From positions 62,001 through 126,000 of the forward strand of contig JAANOX010000079.1 in assembly GCA_020184695.1 (NCBI GenBank): a stretch of DNA of 64,000 nt, in the 5' to 3' direction. Below, one piece after another: positions 10,008-19,545 of the stretch. The notes under the pieces were generated by a model. That model was not told the origin of the DNA, made no database searches, and saw nothing but the letters and a program-made list of their open reading frames with translations. Positions within the stretch are counted from its first letter, which is position 1; each line of letters begins with the position of its first letter. A program made the translations under genes and the position numbers. This DNA is from Histomonas meleagridis 2922-C6/04-290x. Lineage: Eukaryota > Protista > Parabasalia.

Positions 10008-12543
10008 ATGCAAACAGAAGACAATATAAAAAATTTGCAATCACTTCATGACATTATATTTGGACTCGATGAATCTAATATAAATTCTTCAGTCGAATCA
10101 ACAATCAAATTATTTGATTTTGAATATCTTTATTCTTTTAATTTTAACATATGTCATTTAACACATGCAGCAGCTATTACTCGAAAGAAAGAGCCAGAAG
10201 TCTATTTCCATTATTTACAATTACTTGAACAAAAAGAGAAAGAGTTAAAGCTTATAAATTATGAATTAACAGAAATTTTTATACACATTATTTATTTATT
10301 AGAAACGCCAGAATCCAATTTTATATTAGAACGAATGGTTGAACAAAACATCATTCAACCAAAAGTTGTTCGTAAACAAAACACATTATATTTTGCGCAT
10401 TATAAAAAACTAAATGAAATCAAAAAGTTATATCAAAAAGATCCTTATTGGGAAGAATTTTTTAAGAATATTCAATATTTATCTTCCAATAATTGGAAAT
10501 TACATCGAACATTAACACATTTAGGTATTAATCCATCAGAAATCTTAAATATAATTCGTAATGATGATGAAAACAAGTTAAAACAAATTACAATGAATTC
10601 GAATTTTGATTTTAATCAAAAAATTGTCCCTTCATTATATGAACGATTTCAAGTTGTTAATAATAAATATGTTTCATTAATTGATTATGCAGCATTTTAT
10701 GGATCAATAAAATGTTTTAAATATTTATTATCTCAAGGAGCAAATGTAAGAAACACTGCGAATTATGCAGTAGCAAATGGAAACATTGAAATTATTCGTT
10801 TATGTAAACAAAATCATTCGAATTTTAGTAATTCTTATAACGTTGCAATACAATTCCATCAAAACGCAATATTTAATTATTTATATGAAATGAAAATTTG
10901 TAATACAATAAACTTAGAAGAATTAGGTAAAGAATGTATATTAAGTAATAATTATCAAATTCTTTTATTCTTAGAAAAAGAAGGAATGAAAATTACTGAT
11001 ATACATATTAATTATGCGGCATTAACAGGAAATATATTTTTGATTTTATATTTCTTGAGAATTAAAAAAATTCTTCCAAAAGATATTTTCTTTTCTGTTG
11101 TAGTTTCGGGTAATATTGAACTTGCTCAATTCATATTAAATCAAATCGAATTAAATGTTAATGAGAAAAATATTTGTTTTATATATTTTCTATATGTTTT
11201 ATTTATTTGAAGTTTTGATTTTTGATTTGGTATTTATTTAAATGATTTTGGACTGTTCTAACTAAAGCTACAAGAAAAGGGAATACTGAAATTGTTAAAT
11301 TAATTCTTGAACAAAAAGATGTTGATGTTAATGTTACTTGTGTTTTAGAATAAGTTTTATGATTTATTAAATTGATTTTCTGTTTATAAAATTTATTTGG
11401 AATTTATTATTCCCTTTTTTTACAGCACTTGGATTAGCTGCTTTTTATGGTCAGCATGAAATTGTTAAAATTCTTTTAAATCAAAAAGGAATTAATGTTA
11501 ATTATAAAGATCATATTTCTTTAAGTAATTTGATGTTTTATTTATCTGCTTGGAATTGATTATAAATATTTTTGTCACCTCTTTCTTGTGCTACTCTTCA
11601 TGATCATACAAAATGTGTTAAATTACTTCTTGAACATAAAGATATTGATGTTAATTCTACAAATGATTTTTTAATTCATTTTGTATTTCTTTATATATTT
11701 TTAATGTTTTTTTCAAATAATTGGAATTTATTCGAATGTTTTGAGACTCCTTTAATGTATGCTTGTGTAAATGGTAATATTAAAATTGTTAAATTACTTC
11801 TTGAACAAAAAGATATTGATTTAAATGCAAAAAGTATTTATCAAGTTAATTTATTTTATTTTTGTCCGCACTTTTATACGCTGTTAGATTTAACTTTACT
11901 GGGATAATAGAATTACTTCTTAAACAAGATGAAATTAATATAAATGAACCAAATATTTAAATTTTGTTGTTAAGATTTACATTAATTATTTGAAATATCT
12001 TTTAAATATTTGGATTTTGTTTAAACGTTTTATGCCTCCACTTATGATTGCTTGTAGATATGGTAATGTTGAAGCAGCTAAATTACTTCTTGCACATCCA
12101 AAAGTTGATGTAAATTATAGAAATATTTTTATGAAAAATTTCATAATTATTTTAATGTTTTGATGTTTTATATATAAAATCGGAATTTTTTTCATAAATT
12201 TAATACAGCACTTATATTTGCATCTAATCTTGGATATACTAAAATTGTCCAATATCTTCTTGAGAATAAAAATATTAAAATAAATGACAAAAATGTTTAT
12301 TTAATAATTTTAATATTTCAAATAATATTTTTGATGTTTTGTGAAAAAATTTGGAATTTTATGTAAATGTTTGAAACTGCTTTAAAAAGAGCTTGCTTAA
12401 ATAAACAAGTAGAAGTTGCCAAATTACTTATGAAAATAGAAGGAATTGAAATATGTGATCAAGATATAAATTTTCTTTATTTAAGGTTTTATAAAAGTTT
12501 TTGAAGTTTTTTTATTATATTTTGGTTAAGATCTATTGAATAA
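10008..12543 (+). CDS. Ankyrin-repeat protein (parabasalid DUF3447-type N-terminus), about 668 aa after removing 31 short intervening elements
   Basis: 388-codon N-terminal ORF, then eight stop-free 90-nt ankyrin blocks starting at 11252, 11422, 11575, 11746, 11865, 12035, 12205 and 12376. Removing the 17/18-nt elements gives one continuous frame. Confidence 0.85.
11172..12522 (+). other. Array of 17-nt non-canonical intervening elements alternating with 3-nt micro-exons (locus 1)
   Basis: Spacers of 80, 80, 63, 81, 29, 80, 80 and 81 nt. They rebuild the linkers SEGW, MSGF, HDGL, CNGE, IYQL, KEGM, HDGN and NDGE, plus three terminal elements. Confidence 0.85.
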
Positions 12544-12914
12544 ATCAACAAAAATTTAAATAAGGTTAGAAATAAACAAAAATCATTAAAAATAATTAAA
12601 TAAAAATCTCAAAAAATTTAATATAACTTTTTTTCATGTCAAAATATTGAGTTTTCATTAGTTCTTAAAGATATTTAAAACATTATGAAAATCATTAAAC
12701 GATACAGAAAAAAGTATTATTGAAGCTATTCCTTAATATATTATTATGTTAATTTTAACATTTATACTATATTATAACACACCCATTTCAATAAAAATTA
12801 TTTAAATTTTTTAATCATTGAGAATTTAGTTATATATTATTTTTATTAATTTCACTTAATTATAGTTTATTTGAAGTGATTTTATTTCTTTATGTTCAAG
12901 AAGAAAATCTTTTG

Positions 12915-14758
12915 TTAAGTTTGTTCATTTTCATATTTCATTATAAGAGATACATAAAATAATTTGTATAATTTATAAATATAATTTAAAAATTTCAAAT
13001 GACTGAAAATAATTCTCAATAAAAAATATAAATTTTTTTAGAGTCAATATCAATTCCTTCTTGTTCAAGAAGCAATTTAACTTTTTCTATATAACTATTG
13101 TCGGATGCATACATAAGTGCTGTAAAAAACAATTTAAATAATTACCAAATATTATTTTAAAATGTTAAACTAAAAAAGTAAATATTAAATAAAACAAATA
13201 AATATTTTTAGCATTAATATCAATTCCCTTTTGTTCAAGAAGCAATTTAACTATTTCTATATAACTATTGTCGGATGCATACATAAGTGCTGTTTTATAT
13301 AATTTAAATAAATTCCAAATATTATTTTGATATAAGAAATTATTAAATTAAATATCAAATAAAACATTTTAATATTTTTCGCATTTATATCAATTCCTTC
13401 TTTTCCAATAAGTAATTTAACTATTTCTATATAACCATATTCAGCTGCATATATAAGTGCTGTTTTAAATAATTAAAATAATTTTCAAAAAAAAAATTTA
13501 AACACTAATTTACTTCAAAAAATATTAAACGAAACAAACAAATATCTTTAGTATTAACATCAATTTCTTCTTGATCCAAAATATATTTAACAAGTTCTAT
13601 ATTTATTGAATTTGATGCAAATATCAAAATATTTTTTGGTATTGGATTTTCTTCAAGAAAATATTTCACAAGAAATAAATTTCCGATTCTTGCTGATTCG
13701 TTAATAATATTCTCGCTAATTTTCATTCCTTTTTCTTGTAAAAGTATAAATATTTCATAATTATGAAAAATGATACATTTCTTACCTAAATCTTCCAAAT
13801 TGTCAATTTCTTTAATTTTATTCTCATAAAGATATTTAAAAATATTATTTCGATGAAATTGAATTGCTGTTTCATATGCATTTTGAAAAGATGAATGATT
13901 TTGTTCACACAAATGAATGATTTCTTCATTTCCACCAGCAACTGCATATTTACCAGTATTTTTTACATTAGAACCATTCATAAGTAAATATTTAAAACAT
14001 TTAATCGATCCAAAATATGCTGCATAATCAATTAATGTAACTTTTTCTTGATTAATATATGAACATCTTTCATAAAGCGATGGTGAAATTTTTTGATTAA
14101 AATTAAAACTTTGTTGTGATGATATTTCTTGAAGTTTTTCTATTTCATCATTTTGAATTATTTTCGCAATTTCATTTGGATTAACTCCTTCTTCAATTAA
14201 TTTCTTATGAAGTTCCCAATCATTCTTTGAAAGTTCTTTATAATTATTCACAAAATTATATACATAGATACGTCCAAAAGGATGATTGATTTTTTCATCA
14301 AAATATGGGTTTCTTCTCCGAGAAAAACTTAAAAACAATTTATTAATTTTGTTTTCCGATATATAATGAGCAAAATAAATAAATTTTCTTTTTTGAACAA
14401 TTTTTGGTTCAAGTATGTTATTTTGAATCATCTTTTCTAGGATATATTTTGATTCTTCATTTCCTTGATTAAGAAGATAATTTGTAAATATATTAAATAT
14501 TTTGGGATTACTTTTATTGTTTTCTTCGATTTCTTTTAAAAAATTCAAGTAAAGATCATATTCATTTTTTCGTAAAGAATAAAATAAGAGGACCATTTGA
14601 CTTATAATAAAGTAAAAGGATTCTAAATGATCTTCTTCCATTTTATTTATTATTGCTTGAGCTGATTGTTTAATATTTTCTTTACTCAATTCAGAAATTA
14701 TTTTACAATATGATATAAGTATCTTCCAATCATTCTGACAAACATTTACCTTTTCCAT
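12915..14758 (-). CDS. Ankyrin-repeat protein of the same family, about 523 aa after removing 16 elements
   Basis: ATG at 14758, 405 codons, then ankyrin blocks starting at 13463, 13293 and 13123, a terminal block at 12953 and a stop at 12917-12915. Confidence 0.85.
12954..13543 (-). other. Array of 17-nt elements and 3-nt micro-exons (locus 2)
   Basis: Four spacers, each exactly 80 nt, rebuild NSEK, DLGK, NNGF and REIY. Confidence 0.85.
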
Positions 14759-14840
14759 GTGAAGAGTTAAAGTGAATTTATACAAAAAGTGCTAATAAAT
14801 AACTCACATGAATCAAAAGCCTTTGAGTTGATCCTGTTAA

Positions 14841-15242
14841 TTCTATATTTTTGCAAATATATTAAGAACAAAGAGTAAAATTTTTCCTTGCAAAATATTT
14901 AACACATATAATGATCATACTTTTAATGCTGACTTAGTTGATAATTCTTCAACTGCTGCTTTAATCAATTTATTGAAAAATGGTCCATTAACAATTCAAA
15001 TGTCTGATTATGGGAACATGGAAAAAATGGGACCTATTGGCACTAAACTCCCAACAAATGATGAACAATTTTCAACTGGTCCTGGTGATATAATTTTATA
15101 TCTCGGAACAACATTTGTAATTTATTATGATCATAATTCTTGGAACTTTACAAGAATTGGAAAAATAAATAATGTAACAAAAAGCGATTTATTAAAGGTA
15201 TTTGGAAAAGGAAACGTGGCAGTAACATTAAAATTACATTAA
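14841..15242 (+). pseudogene. Bacterial-type cyclophilin-like-fold protein (Cyclophil_like2-type), no intact ATG start
   Basis: The frame is open from 14841: ...NDHTFNADLVDNSSTAALINLLKNGPLTIQMSDYGNMEKMGPIGTKLPTNDEQFSTGPGDIILYLG... This resembles a bacterial family I recognise from memory. The upstream in-frame ATG at 14808 is followed by TGA and TAA. Confidence 0.6.
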
Positions 15243-16459
15243 ATCTTTAAACCTTTTTAAATTTATTTTTTTCTTAATTTCATCTATTTGTTTTATTACT
15301 TGATATAAACATTATTCTCAAGGAAATATATATATATATATATTCTTTTAAACACGTTTTTAAATAAGTATATTTCCGATGTTAGAGTTGCAAAAAATTG
15401 TGGTATAGGACTTTATTTTAGCTTTTATCTTTGTTGTCGCGCTGGCTCATAAAAAAATCAAGAAAAAATAAATTTAGAGAAGGCAAGCTCATATCAAGAG
15501 CTTCTTAAAACAGAAAATGTATTATATGATAATATCAAGACTGATTTATTAATCAATATGTCTTGAAGAAATAAGCATTGATTTTGTTAGATCCAATAGA
15601 TCTGATTCTCTTATGACGTTTGCCAATGAAATCAAATTAAAAGCAAAATGTATACAAATCTGAGCAATCAACATTTGGACATTTGAACTTATGAAATTGA
15701 AAACAGAAATGTTTCGCTTGATTATGCTCATCATTACTTTCTTGAGATATGTCATGCTTCATTTTTACTGATGCATTGATTTGGTGGTGTACATTTTCTT
15801 AAATTCGATTTTGTGCCAATATGCAGAATATGCGGAGACCTTGTATTATTTTTGAACTCAGTATACCATCTTATTTCAACATTTTTTAAAGGCAACATGT
15901 AAGCAATTGGAAAACCATATAAATATATGAGAAATCAAATGGAAAATAAAGAATTTCTTTGGGATTAGAAGTTTCATCATCATTACTCAATTGAATCAAA
16001 AGAAAACACAGTATCACTGACTATAATTATTCTTTTACAACTTTCAAACAGGCTTAGAAGTATTGTCGGAAATTTATCATATATGAACCTGTGGATCATG
16101 TTTTCCATGAGGAAGCATCTCCAATAAATTATAATTTTACATATTGATAATCTTTATTTTCTTTACATGCATTTACACACAAATTCTACCCTCCTAGAAA
16201 TAAAACATTTATTTTTGGATGAGAACACTTTTGAATACGTAATCCAATAAAGAGTTCTTATTCGTATTTGACAAATAATATTTATTAATCTGAGGATAAC
16301 ATTATAAATTCTAAAATATATTGAAGATATTAAATTTTTTAAACTAAAACAATGTTTATTTATCATATACGAAAATGCAAATTGCATTTCGTTATATTGG
16401 AAAATGATTCTTTGTTTTGACAAATAATTAAATTTAGATTTATTTATTAGTTTCAGATA

Positions 16460-18667
16460 TTAAATGTGATTAAAATATTTATCATCTTCAAAATCTTTGG
16501 CAAATGGATCTTCTTCCGCATTGGCCGTAGAGAATCCGACTGAAAAATTGTCAACTTATGAAACATCTGTTTGTATTATATCATCTGTTTCTTTTTCGAT
16601 TGATTTATTATTTTGATTTTTGTGATTTTTATGAATATATATAATTATAATAATTGTTATAATTATAATAATGAAAATAACAACACAAACAACAATAATA
16701 ACAATAATATTCGTTTCATTATTTCGTTGATTATCTTTTTCTTTATATTGAAGAATAGTATAAAAATCGGAATAAAATTTAATATATGTCGAATAAATAA
16801 TAATCGTATATTCATAATGAATTAAAAATGTATCAACATAAATATATGTCGAATCAATTTTTTTTAATGTTATTGAATTTATTATAAAACTTTTCGTTAA
16901 TATCGTTTGCGTAATTGAATTCGTATATGAAACAATAAATGAATGCGATAATGATGTAAATAATGGAAATGAATTCGTTATTATATTTATCAATGTTATT
17001 GACTGACTAAATGTATTTGACTTTGTAAATGTATTCGATTTACTATATGTATTTGACTTTGTATATGTATTCGATTTACTAAATGTATTCGATTCACTAA
17101 ATGTTAATGTTGATGGTTCCTTTGATAGAAAGATATGCGATGTATCGCTCAATGTTCCATAGTTATCGATTGATGCAACATGGATATAAAGATCTCCATC
17201 TTCGATATTTGATATAATTCCATTTGTTGTATTATTAGTGTTGATGTTATCTTTCGTAATATTCGTGTTTTCATTTTCATCAATAATATAATAATATTTT
17301 TTGACGTATGTTGTAAGATTAAATTGAATTGGTAATGATTCACACAATGTATTTCCATTTGTTGCTATACCAATAACTTTATAATTAATAATCTCTGTTA
17401 CATAATTATTATCAGTATTGATTTCAATTGATCGTTCACCTTCGATTCTTGTTATATTTGGTGGATTTAGTTTCAATGGTTTAACTGAATTATCATATGA
17501 ATATTGAAGTGGTGTTCGTTGATATAAATAATAAATAGTATTCACAAGAAGTTGTCGTTCATATAATGTTGCACTTGCTAATGTATGCCCTACTTGAATC
17601 ATCGCTGTGTTTTTATATGTTGTCAAATAATAATGCGGATTTCCATATCTTACCTCTGAATATCCATCAAGTTCCCATGAATATGATTCGGCTTCTGTAA
17701 AATTTCCATTAGTTCCAGTAGCAAATTCGCCTAATTCAGCCCAAACATCTCCAAATGCTGCGTTTGAATATGTATGTGTTAAATTTATTGGTAAAACACC
17801 ACTTGGAATGCAGTATGGATAATTAGTAACCAGACCACGCATCGTGACTTTGATTTCATTGGAATAATGAACCCAACATGAACTAAATGTGCCTGGAGAG
17901 CAATAACCAGAAACAGCACATGGCACTGTGCCAAGCTTAATTCCAAATTTGTCCGCAATTTGCCCATAGCCAAAAGTGTTCCCATAAAAATAACCAACAA
18001 CATCATTACCAAATAAAACACCATAACCAAGATCAATATATTGCGAAACACGTTGAACTATTTCACTATACGGTTGGCAATAAGGTCCGCCATTACTACA
18101 CATAAATCCAATAACAATAACATCATAATTTAACATACTTTCTAAACTCATTGATTCAAAATCACCATTTGAGATTGATGTAACATTTATAATTTCTTCT
18201 TGCGTATCGAAATTCATTCCTAAACTTTCAAAACTATAATTTACACCATTATCTATATAATAACCTCCTTCAACCCAAACTTTAAGAATAGCAGAAAGTG
18301 GAAGCGTAATATTTACTGTTGGGTGTGTATTATATACAAAATTGACTTTGGTACCTGTGTTTGGATATACATTCAGCACTTTGATACTTTTTGTTGTGTT
18401 GAAATCAAACGTACTGAGTGGTTTCCAATTTGAGCCGTTTCTTCGCGAAGAAACTGAATATATCAAATCTTGACTTGAATGAAATCCTGTCCAATTCAAT
18501 AAAACATGATTATTTTCATATTTAACAGTGAGGTTGATTTCGTTTGCATTAATTACAACTATAAAAAAATTCAAAATTATTATTAAAAACAAATGGCTTT
18601 TCTTAATTACATGACTTCCTTTTGCTATTTTAATTATTTTTTGAAGAAACATGAAATGCTCCCTCAA
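16460..18667 (-). CDS. Type I surface protein with bacterial-like extracellular domain (DUF5057-like), Ser/Thr stalk and TM; premature TAA at 16556-16558 before the conserved tail
   Basis: 703-aa ORF with VLNVYP, YDVIVIGF, TNYPY and YLTTYKNTAMIQVGH motifs, SNTF repeats and a TM segment. 31 further in-frame codons after the stop encode ...NAEEDPFAKDFEDDKYFNHI. Confidence 0.65.
17001..17104 (-). repeat. 18-nt coding tandem repeat (xSNT[F/Y]x stalk)
   Basis: TFSESNTFSKSNTYTKSNTYSKSNTFTKSNTFSQS in the translation. Confidence 0.85.
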
Positions 18668-19545
18668 TGGACAAACCGATTTATGGTTATCAATTATTAT
18701 CTCAATCCTATTGAATTTAAGAGCTGATGAAATATGATCGATTTTGGGAAACCCTCAAAACATTTTGCAAAACTTCAGGTTCAAAAAGTTGAACCAATTT
18801 TAATCTGTTACATAAAGACGAATTAATGGAAAAAGTATCAATGAGGAAAAAGTGCAAAAAATTTAAAGAAATTCATTTTTTATAATATAAAAAAAGATCT
18901 TCTTTTAGCGAATGTTTTCATGGCTAATATTGATAAAAATAACAAAACAAAATTATCCTTTCAAAGACCTTAAATCCTATCTAAGATTATCAAAGGTACA
19001 TTTCGATGGTTCAAGTACAGATTTTAAGTACTACAAACGTACTCACATTCAAAAACATTTTAGAAAAGTTTATTTCTACACCTTTTGTAAAACAATCAAA
19101 TTTACGACTTCAAGCTCGAAATGAAACAGTTTTAATCACAGAGCCCAACTTGTAAAGTGACGATAGATCTTCTGACTGTGAATTTTAAAAGAAAGAGGAA
19201 ATTCTGAATTTTACACATTTTTTTTCGATGAAATGTGATTACGTTTTTATAATATAGAGTATTAATGGAATACTTATTCCACAAGGAATTTTATTTTAAT
19301 CAACAATTGATTCGAATTACTTATCAAGATTCAATTTAGAGTATCCTTTAAAATTTTTGTTGCTTATTTTCCAAACTTTTAAAGGAATTATTAAACCTAT
19401 GGATTGAATGAGTCGTTAGTTTAAGCTATGTACCTAAATTTAGAAGCAATAGCAAAATTGTTTATTGGCGGTTTTGTTCAAAAAGTGCCTTTTTTACTTT
19501 CTCTCAAAAATATTGGCAAGCTCAATTGAAACACCTTTTCCTTTG

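Noticed and set aside
11172-11251. The 80-nt spacer as one conventional GT-AG or AT-AC intron
   Set aside because: There is no conserved AG or AC and no branch site. The CAG in ACA-GCA is present in only some repeats and gives the wrong frame. No single excision supplies the conserved Gly.
11229-11252. Fixed 23-nt distance from the TTGGAATT motif to the next repeat as an RSS-like recombination signal
   Set aside because: It is fully explained as Gly codon + 17-nt element + one codon.
11665-11745. Spacers as translated 27-aa hydrophobic inserts, with 80 nt being a homopolymer error for 81 nt
   Set aside because: 14 of 20 spacers are exactly 80 nt, and the 81-nt (12295-12375) and 63-nt spacers contain in-frame stops. 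The 17/3 parse explains all lengths. The three 18-nt elements could still be homopolymer errors.
11252-12465. CRISPR-like repeat/spacer array
   Set aside because: The periodic units are divergent protein-coding ankyrin blocks in a eukaryotic context, with no identical direct repeats and no cas genes.
15370-16150. Fragmented coding-like sequence
   Set aside because: It has multiple stops and shifts, no recognisable family, and no 17-nt pattern that repairs it.
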